Part shown: piece after piece, positions 38,242 through 49,213 of the stretch
Numbering within the stretch: the stretch's first letter is position 1
Layout: each line of letters starts with the position of its first letter
Source: Sphagnum compactum
Lineage: Eukaryota
DNA length: 64,000 nt
Assembly: GCA_965153455.1 (NCBI GenBank)
Contig: OZ234493.1
Location: 22,496,213-22,560,212 of the forward strand
Direction: 5' to 3'
Notes under the pieces: generated by a model
The model's input: only the letters and a program-made list of their open reading frames with translations
What the model was told of the DNA's origin: nothing
Databases searched by the model: none
Program-made: the position numbers and the translations under genes

Positions 38242-39091
38242 GTTTTTTTTTTTTCAAAAACCTTGCTACAACTTAAAGCACTCGGAGAAAATTTGTAGTG
38301 TATGTGGAGGGCACCTTATATCCCATCCATCAATTTCCCTCCTAGAAATTGAGAGGGATATTATGCCTACCACTTAAAGATGGGAGGGAAATTATGCCTA
38401 CTTGTCGGTGTGAGAACCTTCCCACCATTGAGGAGTAGGTGTAAGAACCCTCCCATTCATACGCCTCATGACCTACATAGGTTTGGCTCATGATAAATTT
38501 TGCCTTGTGCTTTACGAGAGGTAAAGCTCATGGGTGGGGACATTCTCAAATGTGAGGCCGGACTCAACTATCATCACCTTGTCCTAGGCCTCTTATTTTG
38601 AGAATGCCCCCATGTTAGGGCTTTACCCTACATTGGTAACCTAGCTATTGTATAGGTCTAGAAATGGTGATTTCATTTTTATTTTTTCAAAAATGGCCAA
38701 AGAAAAATTTCAAAACCATGATTCTTTTTCATGCTTTTTTTAATTTTTGAAAAAATTTCATCAAGGTACAAAAATTCACCCAAAAAAAAAGCATTGGTAT
38801 ATTGAACCACTGGTTCTGGTTCTTGGGGCAGGTTCAGAGAACCGCCTCGATTCTCTAATTTTGTTTATTTACTCCCATTTCGAGAACCGCCCCGGTTTTC
38901 AGATTTAATCCGGTTTGGCAGTTTTCAGCATCGGTGGTTCTTACAGAAGTTTATACGGCCAGTTTTTAGAGGCGGTTCTCACAAGCTGGTTATCAAAAAA
39001 GTTGATTTTTTCGATTTTTAAAAAGAAATGTTAAGAAATAATATAGAAATCAGAATTTTTTAAAAATGCAAAAAATATATTTTATTCAAAT

Positions 39092-41173
39092 TTAAGAGTT
39101 CATATCTATAATCTCTTCCTTTTCGAATTCCCTTTCAAATTCCTTCAACTCCTCCTCAATGATTTTATCTTTCTCTATAAACTCCACAAAATTAGATGGT
39201 GTCTTACATCCTAGCCTAGGATCATTAAGCCAGTTTTGGCTCACAATAATTAACTTATCTAGATTTTCAGATTGTAAATGACATCTCCTAAGATTGGTTA
39301 AAATTTCAACAAGAGAGAAAATGCGTTTAGTCTCAATTTGTGAACCTCCAGTTCCTAGGATTTGCCTTGCAAGAAAAGTCACTATGGGGAATCTTGACTC
39401 ATGTTTCTCCCACCATTGGAGAGAATCTTGACTCATGTTTCTCCCACCATTGGAGAGGATTATTGATTTCCTTCAAGTCCACATGAAACCTTCTAAAATC
39501 CAACAATTTCTTGGTTACAATTTCTTTCGTTGTTTTTGTGTTGTTGTTTCTCATTTGAAAAATATCTAGTCCATAATCCTAATCAACATCCTAATTTGCA
39601 GAACTAAAACCACCATCTACAATTGGATGTAAGTGGTTATACGAATTGACCAACATGGGATATAAGGCTCCCCTATCATACTCCTTTACAATAGACACCC
39701 CTTGTTCCTTGCCAACATATGAAGAAACAAGATGAAGGCTCTTGAACCTTGGATCAAGCATAAAAGCCAACATGTTATGTGCTTTCTTTTCGTCATATGT
39801 TCTCATAAATGAAAGGAAGGAATCCAAAACCCCAAACACCAGAAATGTTTCAACCAAAACTAAAATTAAAATGGTACAAAAAATAATTACCGTTTTTGGT
39901 TGAATTTTCGCATCAATACAAGCCTTGGACAATTCTTGTCTCCCTTTTCTAGATTTTTTAGGCCATGTTATACATTTCTGAATATTAGATTGCACTGATT
40001 TGATAGAAACAAACTTCAATTTTTTGCATTTTTTTTTCAGTTGTAGCATATTGATAAGTTTTGGAAAAAACATGCCCAAAACATGTTCCATAAAAACTTT
40101 CTTCCACTCCCAAGATATCATAATTGATGATTGTTTTAAAAGCCATGGTCATGTCATTCAAGTTCGCACCTTCATCTTTCACATAAGCGATGATTTTTTC
40201 CCTTAAGTTATAAGAATCTAAAAGTTTGCTCAAGTTCCTAGCCAAAGCTTGACCTGTTGTTTTTGTTGCTTCAAACAAACTAATTGTTACCTTTCTAGGT
40301 TTCTAGTTTCCATCCAAGAAATTAACGACCAAGGCAAAAATGTCATAAGCTCCTTTTGACATCCACAAATCAAAGCTGGTAGTCATAGAAACACATTGAG
40401 AAAGCTCAGGTAAGACATAATCTTCTTTAGTTTTTTGGACTAGTGTAAGAAGAATATCTTGTGAAAAAATCTTTCTTGATAGAAACAATTTGAGGATTTA
40501 ATTGCAATGCAAATCTCTTTAGCCAAGGACTTTCCACAAAATGTACAAGCATGTGACTTTTAATAATTAGCAAAGCCCGATCTTCCAAAAATTGTTTCAA
40601 TTGCGCATCTTTTTTTTTTATGAAGTATTTTGGTAGTAAAATTTTAGATATTTCATTTGAAAATACATTTTGCCTCTTTTTAGCAAGTTGCCTTTCAAGT
40701 TCACTTTTCATTAAATTGTTCACTTCCTTGTCAAATTTTTTCGCAAGCAAAAAATGTTCTACATCCACATGTTTTTTCAATGTTATTATTCCATTCGTCT
40801 TATAGTATGAAATCAATCCTTTTAGCAATTTTGTTTTGGGATTACAAGGTACATGAATTTTGTAGCACAAAGGACATTGCATGATTTGAGGAACTTTCCC
40901 ATCTACAGGTTTATTACCATTTACCCCGTAAACAACCCAACAAATTGCATTTCTCCCATGAGGTTTCCATAATAATCTTTCTGCATGCAAATACTGAAAG
41001 TTTTTTTTCATTTGTTCATCATCGGTTTGATTGACATTATTGACTTGGGTTTGTAAACTTCAATTTTCCATTAATGTTTTAGTTATTGGTTCATCTTCCA
41101 TGAACACTTCATTTTCGAATATCTCAATTCCAGCATTCATTCTCAAATTTTTGTTCTCATTAGACTCTTCCAT
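39092..41173 (-). pseudogene. Disrupted hAT-superfamily transposase (BED zinc finger, DDE core, hATC dimerisation domain)
   Basis: Fragments CWVVYG..CPLC..LKKHVDVEH, TTSFDLWMSKG, YVKDEGANL, TCFGH, LAFMLDPRFK and WWEKHESRFP..LARQILG..SQIETKRIFS are spread over at least 6 frames or ORFs, with frameshifts and stops. GAGAACCG/CGGTTCTC subterminal motifs at ~38837-38980 and ~42712 suggest the element spans about 38.8-43.4 kb. Confidence 0.9.
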
Positions 41174-42906
41174 TATGAATAAATAACCAACAAAACCAGC
41201 ACAATGAAAGCAATAGGAAAATGCCAGCAAAACTAATAAACTTAACATAAATGAACAGAAAATCAAAATTGGGTTTAAGAGAAAAAAAAAGGTATAATAT
41301 TTCCAAATCGTTCCCTAATTTCCAAAATTTTAGGTTATTTAATGAAAGGATGGGTAATAGGTGAAAATGGGAAGGATTAAATATAAACAAACGAAAGGGG
41401 GAGAAAATAGGAAAAGGGGGAGAAAACATTTACAAACACAAAGATTGCTCACTTTTAGGCTTCATTACATGCAAGAATTCAAAGTTGAGTGCTTTTTGTC
41501 CACCAACTAACTAGTCAAGTTCTTCCTACAAGAGGTTAACCTGCAACCAACCAAAAAGAAATTAAAAGCTTAAAAAAAATCAAAATAAAGAAGAAACAAC
41601 CTAGCACGAAAGCATTAAACAATGACAAAAAAATACCAATACCAAAAGAATGAAAAACAGAACTTGTGTTGAGAGAAATTTACAATGCTAAAAAGCTTAC
41701 TTTTTCCCTTTCCTCAAAAGAAAGGAAAAAAAACAAAGATTAGAACTGAAAAATGTTCCAAATTTCTAAACCAACAACTATAAAAACAAACACAAACTAA
41801 AAGAAAAAAAATAAAGCTTACCTTAATTTGTTGATGCTTGTTTCTTCAACCTCCAAAAACTAAAACTTGCAAGGAAAAAGTGTGGAAATATAGCTAGGGA
41901 GACACAAGAAGCAAGCGGTAGTAGCAAGGCAAAGGAGCAACAACACGGCAAGGCAACAACAAGAGTTTCAAGTGAGGCCATTGGTACTTAAAGCAAGTAG
42001 AGAAGTAGCAAAGGTGGAGAAGTAGCAAGGTTGACTAGCAACATAGCAAGGTAGAAAAGTAGGTAGAGCGACAAAAATAGTAAAATAGTAGTAACAAGGT
42101 GGAGTAGTAGCAACATGGCAAAGCATGCAGCAAGGTGGAATTCGTAGTAGTAACAAAATGGAGCTCGAAGCAAAAGCAAGGTGGAGCTTCTAGTAACAAC
42201 AAGGTGGAGCTCGCAACAGTAGTAAAACGGAGCAGCAGTAAGGCGCAACATCAAGGTGGGGCAAGCAGCAAGGTAGAGCGGCAATATCAAGGTGTCGTGG
42301 CAAAGCGAAATAACAAAATCGATAGAGTGACAGCAACACGTAGTAGCAAGACAAAGCCAAAAATAAATAAAATACATGCACAAATAAACAAATAGTTTGA
42401 AAGTGAGAGAATTCTAAGAGAAGCAATGTATGAGAAAAAAAAAGTGAGTCCAAGCAACACTTTATAGTTTAGGTTCAAAGTTCAACTTAACCCTAAACCT
42501 TAAACCTAATTTGGTGGCCGCGATTTTGTTTTCTTTCTTTTTTTCTTTTTTTAAAAAAAACATTCTTCACTATATACTTTATTATTTTTTAAATTTACAT
42601 TTTTATTCTATTATTTTTTACATCAAATTTTTTTTCTTAGTTTACTTATCTTCTTATTGGTTTAGTTGGTATTTTTACTACTTACTATTACCACATACGA
42701 TTTATTACCCTGAGAACCGGACCCTTCTCAAATGTGAGAACTGACCTAGTTATCAGGTTTTATAATTGGTGAGACCCTCTCTCCACCCCCCCCCCCCCCC
42801 CCCCCCCCCCCCGTCCACACACCTGTTTCGCCTCTGTTTCTCCACTGAATTTCTGGCTGGTCTTTAAGTTGGGTAATGCCCTCAGTCAAGGGCATTACGA
42901 AAATCG

Positions 42907-43303
42907 GGCCTACACTTGGCTATTGCCTTGTTGCCTTGTGTGGCCTTATTTTGGTAATGCCCTCAACTTAGGGCCTACACTTGGCTATCGCCTTGTTGCC
43001 TTGTGTGGCCTTATTTTGGTAATGCCCTCAACTTAGGGCCTACACTTGGCTATTGCCTTGTTTGCCTTGTGGGGCCTTATTTTGGTAATGCCCTCAACTT
43101 AGGGCCTACACTTGGCTATTGCCTTGTTTGCCTTGTGCGGCCTTATTTTGGTAATGCCCTCAACTTAGGGCCTACACTTGGCTATTGCCTTGTTTGCCTT
43201 GTGGGGCCTTATTTTGGTAATGCCCTCAACTTAGGGCCTACACTTGGCTATTGCCTTGTTTGCCTTGTGCGGCCTTATTTTGGTAATGCCCTCAACTTAG
43301 GGC
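42907..43303. repeat. 66-bp minisatellite, ~6 copies, preceded by a 10-bp-stem hairpin and a poly(C) tract
   Basis: Unit GGTAATGCCCTCAACTTAGGGCCTACACTTGGCTATTGCCTTGTTTGCCTTGTG(G/C/T)GGCCTTATTTT. Hairpin GTAATGCCCT-CAGTCA-AGGGCATTAC at 42873-42898. C-run at 42786-42812. Confidence 0.95.
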
Positions 43304-43984
43304 TTTACCCTACACCTGTAATAGGTTCTCAAAAATTTGATGAAAACGAACTAAAGAACCTAAACTTCCAAGTCCCCACTTAGTAGGTAGATATATATAA
43401 TTTTTTGCTATAGTTGCAAAAGGAATCTTATGGATGTGGGCGGCGAAGGCAAATCAATTCATAATAACACCACTCCTCCTCTTCAGGAAACGCATTAAAG
43501 GGTTAACTGGCGAGTGATATATTTCTCTCTTTTAGCCTTCCTCCTCTGTTTTTGTTTTGTGTCTCCAAGCTGCTTCCCCTTCCATGGTAAACTGACCCGT
43601 CCTCAGTCCGTCTCTCATGATTTTCTTGTTTCTTCCTTCTTTCCTTGCTCTCGAGTCTTGACACGCATCCCCCGCCCACTACCACACACTACTATCTCTT
43701 CTCTTTTGCTCTCGCTGCTCCTTCATAGACATTTGCTTCCCTCTTATACACTGCACTTTTCCACTTGGAGGTCATGCGGGACTTGGTGTACAAAAAATCA
43801 GCTAGAGAGTTGTGGCTAGCATCATCGACTCGTTTAATGTGATCAGCTTCTCTAAGGTCTGCCTCTTGGGTTCTGTTTTTTTGTTTCCTTCTTTCTTTTA
43901 CTTTTTGGGTTTTTTTGGAAGCACAACAGTAGACCCGATCTGACAAGCCGTTGGCATCCCCAAGTCAAGATCATTAGCAGAGGG

Positions 43985-44101
43985 ATCAGTAGGAGTTTCA
44001 TCAGCGGGCACACCACACCACGTACTGGATTCAGTTTGAACCCAGGACCTCTTGTGGTCCCAGGGCCCCAGAAGGGGCTATACCAGTGAACCATCACCCT
44101 T
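43985..44101 (-). mobile_element. tRNA-derived SINE-like head with Pol III A and B boxes
   Basis: Minus strand has an A-box-like TGGTTCACTGG (44093-44083) and, 40 nt downstream, GAGGTCCTG-GGTTCAAAC (B box, 44042-44033). There is no complete cloverleaf, tail or TSD. Confidence 0.45.
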
Positions 44102-46274
44102 GAGTCTTCTTCGTACCAGCTTTGTGGTGATCCTTGACCGTTCGAGCTTCTCGTATCGGTGTGAGTTTGATCTGGGTTCTGCGTTTTGAGCTCCCCAGCA
44201 GCCTGTTTATTGTTCTGCACACGGCTGGTCGAATTTGCACGTAAGGATCATCAGTACTACTAGCTGAGAAATATACACCTGAGACAGGTTGTCGAGTTCC
44301 GTCCTTTGTAGTTTTCGATCGCAGCAGCAGTTCTATAAGCTGATCTTCTGTCTGCCGTTGGTTTTGTGGTTTAATGAGCTCGATCGGCGCGGGTGCCGCG
44401 TGGATTTGAAGATTACTAGAAATATAGACTAGAAATGCAGTTGTGATGCGCGCGAGGTCGATGTTGAGCTCCGAGTCGTCTCTTCTGTTTTTAAATGCGT
44501 GCAGCTCCTGCTTCTTCTTGCTGCTTTGAGTACTACTTGTTACCAAAGTTTTCAAAACTGAAACCGTCTTTTCCTACTGTAGCTAACATGACCAGGCTAC
44601 CAGCAAGTTCATATATAAATTATTATCGAATCCTGTTGGTTTGATTGACGTTGAGAATACTTTGATCCGAGTACTGCTCATGTATGCTCAGATATAATAT
44701 TAAGGAACTCCTAAAACCAGATCAGTAGTTTCTTTTGTTGTTCACGGCATGGGTCACGGCCATCGCTCCTTTGATGGAAGGCATAAACTCACGTTGAGGA
44801 CGTTCCTGTTGCCTGGGGTTCTCATGTGGGTTTCAATTTCTGTCATAATATACAACTACTTGTCCAGTCCTCAATGCTCATGTACTGATCGCTGGTCATG
44901 ATAAAAACCTTTTCATATAATGTCTATCGATGTCACGAGTCTTACAGATTGACCTCTGGAACCATTGCACTGTATTGTTTGATAGCTTAAACAGGGTTCT
45001 TCATTGCATCCAGCAGGGAGGCAAGTTGCGGTGTTCATTATACTCTCGACAGTCACCTGCATGAGGGATGCTGGCGTAATCATCAAGTGTGGCAAGTAGT
45101 ATAACGTCGAGTCGAGGCCGGCAAGTTCAGGTATGCATATGACATCACGATCGATCTCTTGCTGAACAGCTATAAGCTCTGCTGATATGATCAGGAATTG
45201 TAACAGGTCTATCCCACCAGCTTAAAAGTATTGTCCTTCTGGCATGCGTGCTATCGCAGCAGCTACATTCTAGTACGCCTCATTCCTCTGTTCTGGATAT
45301 TGCTGACGGAAAACATAGAGTTCAAGTCTTGCCCGCATGACAGTGTCCCAGGTGAGACGTGGTTTTTGTTGAAATTTTGCTTGACATCCAGCTTGATTGC
45401 AAGTTCATTACAAAAGCAGGAGACCGTTCTTTTATAATGAATACCTTACAGTCCAGGAGAAGATACTAGTTTGAAAACCTGTGATGATTCAAAATATAAT
45501 CGTTGTATCTATCTATCTACAAAACCGCAAGCTTCGGGAAAGTTCGAAGGGGACAGTCCCATTGTGAAATACAGAAGTTTCATTTTTGCATCGAGATAGA
45601 GAGAAATTATTCAAGATTTTCTTGCTGGTTCCACAGACAATCTTAAACCCAAAAAGCAAACCTTCTCATATGTTTAATGGACTTCTTACGAGCCCAATCA
45701 AGCATCCCTCGATTACTGGAAACAATCCGGGATTGCCTTACGATTCCATTCGGAAAACCATGCGTATAGCTGATGTCCATGTCGTCTATGACTCTCGCCG
45801 ACTGTTTGCATTCTTAGTTGAGGAATCTTTCCTCTGGCTAGGTCTCCAACTAATTACTAGTGTTGGCTTTTGTATCTCTTGTCTCGAGCTTAAATCAAGG
45901 CAGCTAGTCTCACGGTCTGAAATCAGCCTGGAACACAACTTCATCAAGTACGCAAATGGAGAGATAAATCGACGGGGTTGATCTGGAACCTGAGATGTGT
46001 GGAACGGGATGATGGCGCAGGCAACCGTCATGTGCATGATCCATACGCGAGTTGCAGCTTGATCAGCTCTGTGTCGGCTACTTACTTCACAATCCTTGGA
46101 TAGCTTCTTTGATGTATTCTATTGTGGAGAAGAAATATCCTCGATAGAGGCTTGAACAAAAAGAGTCAGACTGGTTGTCAAGTTCTCCCTAAGGACTTGC
46201 CCATATTCTGCGTGGAAGCATCGACTGAACAAATCGACTCCCGAAGGTAGGGCTATCACAAGATTACGGAGATC

Positions 46275-47416
46275 ATGTCGGGCAGCTCACTGGATCGAGC
46301 CACGTTCATGGGCACTAGTGAAGGGCAGGCCAATTCATCGAGTACGCCTTGTGCCGCTTGCAAGCTTCTTCGCAGGCGATGCGTACAGGACTGCCCTTTC
46401 TCGCCCTATTTTTCACCACACGAGCCCCAGAAGTTTGCGTGCGTGCATAAAGTCTTCGGTGCCAGTAACGTATCCAAGATGCTGATGGAGGTTCCTGAAA
46501 GCCAGCGCGCCGATGCCGCAAGCAGCTTGGTATACGAAGCAAAAGCTCGCATCCGGGACCCCGTATACGGGTGCATGGGTGCGATCTCGGCCCTGCAGCA
46601 GCAGGCGCAGTCGCTTCAGACCGAGCTGAACGCCGTTAGACGGGAGATTATGCGATACAAACATCACGACAATAATATCGCAGTCGCGGATGCCCCAGCT
46701 GCCACTGCTTCCGCAATGATGGTTAGTGGATACCAACGCCATAATCTTAATAGCGACCGAGGCTTTGTCGTCGTGAACCCTCGCTCTACGCAGACGACAG
46801 CTTTAGACTATTATAATGTTCCGTCCTGTAACAACGGTGCAACTCCAGGTTGGAAGGAGCGCAGGTACTGGTAGCCTCTTTGAACGACCTGCAGCTTCCA
46901 GTTCACGAGAGCAGCTTCAACGTTTTGCGCGTATTGATCAGGTCGGATCCTCATGGCATGCAGTGCCATGGATATTCAGTTTTCCGACTAAAGGAAATGT
47001 TGATGAAGGACGGTTGGACTCTTCACAGTCTTGTTTATCTTTAATGGTTCCTTTGATTCTAGTGGGGCAATCTACTTTGCCCAAATCTTCTCAAAACTTG
47101 CAGAGCTGGACGCTTCTAGATTGTCATAACATGGTTCTGGACGAGGCTCATCGTTAGTGAATATTAACTGGGTAGATCATTACTTATCACATCAGCTTGC
47201 AGCAGTACCAAAATTATAAATCTTGTGCAGGGTGTAGATGAGTCCACTGCTCCTGGAGCTATTCTTTCCTGCACGCAAGATTTCCTTAGTGTAGAACCTG
47301 AGGAATTGAAAATTTTCGATGAATTTTCAACTTTTCAGGCTTCAAGTTATGATAGAGTACAGAAGCTGCAGCAGCTTGTTGATGTGGCCGCAAGTAGGAA
47401 TCCCCATTTCTTGTAG
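46275..47416 (+). CDS. Class I LOB-domain transcription factor, LBD15/LBD13-like. LOB exon from 46275; probable further exons 46849 (or 46807)-46941 and 47231-47416; the unspliced form stops at 46874
   Basis: C-block PCAACKLLRRRC..C, GAS block FACVHKVFGASNVSKML..DPVYGC and leucine zipper LQQQAQSLQTEL. The stretch CPFSPYFSPHEP..MEVPESQRADAA is characteristic of LBD15. Phase-0 donor ATG|GTTAGT at 46721, CAG|GTCGG at 46941 and TGCAG| at 47230 link the downstream ORFs. The LOB domain is secure; the 3' exons are inferred. Confidence 0.85.
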
Positions 47417-48850
47417 AAAATCTATATCTTCTTTCTTGCTCACATCCGTAACACTAGTCTCAGGATGGAACTCTGTTAGAGAATCTAGAAGATGGAACAA
47501 TCATGTTTAAATCGCCCTCTCGACGGATGGTTTCTGAGTTCTCCAGAAAACGTCAAGGTCTAGAGTCCGATTCTTGAAAACTTTTCTGGTGAAGAATTGT
47601 GGCCCGTATTGGGTGCAAGTTTGCAACCAGCTCGCCCTTGTAACAGGCCTTCCCTTAGGTATACAATTTGGTGTTATTGCACACTAGCTAGTTTGATCAT
47701 GTATGTTACCTACATATATTTCAGGAAGCTTTGAAAATTCTTCTATTGACAATTTCTTAAGTTTTGGCATCCAGGACGGTTTTAATAATCTGCTGTTTTC
47801 TCCTTCAAAAAAATTACGTTTTCAAAAAGGTTTACAACGTTTTTGGAACTCCACGTTTCAAAACCGGTGCAAATCCGACTCTAGATATATAGGTAGTCTG
47901 CAGCTCGCCCAATGTCGACACTTCCAAAATCTCCGCCTCCGTGGATCGTGAAGTACGAGAGGCATTACACCAGGGTAGATTACTGGAGCAAAAAAAATTG
48001 AAGACGTCGAGTCCCTGTGATGAGCTTATAAGTCTTGACTAGGGTGCCCTTGAAAGACTTTCGCACATATTTCAGATGAAAGAATTCCGTTTCTAATGCT
48101 ACAATCACAAGGAATGTTTTTAGGATTCCCTTTAGGACCATCAAGAAGAAATTAATTCCCCCTATGCAAACATGAAATGGTTTGTTTGATCCCTCTGTTT
48201 CACAATTAGAAATATTGGTCCCATTACGATTCCCTTGGAGAGCTTTCCCTATGTTTTGTTAATTCATCCTTAATTCGTCAGAGGTTTCCAGTCTTTCCCT
48301 TACATGGAATGCCAAAAAAGTTGGTGTGAATCCGACCGACAATGAAAGCTTTTGTTAAGCGTCGAGCTAACTACTGTAGTCAGTTTCTGTCGTTGACATC
48401 CAAGTCCTAATTGAAAGTGGCAGAGTTTTTATAATGGCGCATTTCAAGTCTCTGGCACTGGGTAGAAGATGAAGTACTTAGCATGTGATTCTGATTCCCT
48501 GTATGTGTCTGAAAATCATCAAGGACTGTTGTACCCAAATTAGCTAGGTCGAGGATTCACTAATGTTTGTTGCAGAAGATGCTATCTTAATCAATATGTC
48601 GAGTCGATGTCAAGCGTAGCAGAAAGCTGTTGTGCTTCAATGCGCTTTTTCCTGTTTCCTCTCAAAAGCAGAAACCATGATGAAGTTCCATTGCAGCTCA
48701 TGTACTACTACGTCAGCTGCTTGCAGCTTACAAGTACTCAAATGACGGTAAATTATTTTAAAAATTCGCACATGAAAACCCCGTGATAAAAATTCCGTAC
48801 TGCACGTGATCTCATAACACTTCTGCGCCCGTGTCAGTTAACTTATAGAA

Positions 48851-49213
48851 CAGCATCTCGAGCTGTGCTCAGTATGTGACCCTGAAAAACATTTCCTAAG
48901 CATCCAAGTTTTAGTTACTTAACTTTTTTCCCAATCTCAACGGCCAAAAACTGAAACTGGAAATAGGTGGGAGACTACTAATAGCAACCCACCTGGACCA
49001 ATCAAATTATCTAGCCAATCGGAAACCGGAAAAGTCAATAAATATGATTTTGACTGTGTTTATTAGACTGTTCCAAGGCTGCTCCAAGCCTCTGAAAGCT
49101 CTGCATCTTTTCAGGTTCATAGCAATCTTCTAGTGGATCCGCTGATTTGACTCCTGTACCTCATCCAAGAATTCCAGTGCAGGGTGACATACTGAGCGCC
49201 GATGGAGATGCTC
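48851..49213. mobile_element. Tourist-like (PIF/Harbinger) MITE, 363 bp
   Basis: 34-bp TIR CAGCATCTCGAGCTGTGCTCAGTATGTGACCCTG versus the reverse complement GAGCATCTCCATCGGCGCTCAGTATGTCACCCTG (28/34). Flanks are GAA and TAA. Confidence 0.75.

Larger units (their letters stand above)
36093..38454. mobile_element. Long-TIR foldback (MULE-like) non-autonomous element, ~2.36 kb
   Basis: 36143-36265 is an imperfect inverted copy of 38276-38402 (GCATAATTTCCCTC..AGGCATAATATCCCTC..TAAGGT(A/G)CCCT..ACACTA(T/C)AAATTTTCTC.GAGTGCTTT). Weaker similarity extends outward to ~36093 and ~38454. No TSD recognised. Confidence 0.6.

Noticed and set aside
41968..42478. Cys/Leu/Tyr-rich ORFs on both strands
   Set aside because: These are translations of a low-complexity AGC/AGT/CAA-rich tract within the hAT element leader.
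42907..43383. CRISPR-like array or repetitive 126-aa ORF (PYFGNALNLGPTLGYCLVCLV)n
   Set aside because: The units are head-to-tail with no unique spacers, there are no cas genes and the context is eukaryotic. The ORF arises only because the unit length of 66 is divisible by 3.
38800..43390. Exact TIRs and 8-bp TSD of the hAT element
   Set aside because: Only subterminal GAGAACCG motifs are visible; no convincing terminal pair was found.
43985..44025. Hammerhead ribozyme core (CTGATGA on the minus strand)
   Set aside because: There is no stem II followed by a separate GAAA, so the core is incomplete.
44030..44101. Functional tRNA gene
   Set aside because: A and B boxes are present, but acceptor, anticodon and T stems cannot be built into a canonical cloverleaf.
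44262..44300. TPP riboswitch-like CTGAGA..ACCTGA.ACAGG
   Set aside because: It lacks the downstream TAATGCC..GCG.AGGGA and the P1/P2 pairing, and no thiamine gene is nearby.
45586..45981. 131-aa ORF beginning (L)HRDREKLF, reminiscent of the LBD15 N-terminus
   Set aside because: It has a non-ATG start, no evident splice route into the LOB exon, and the similarity is too short to be meaningful.
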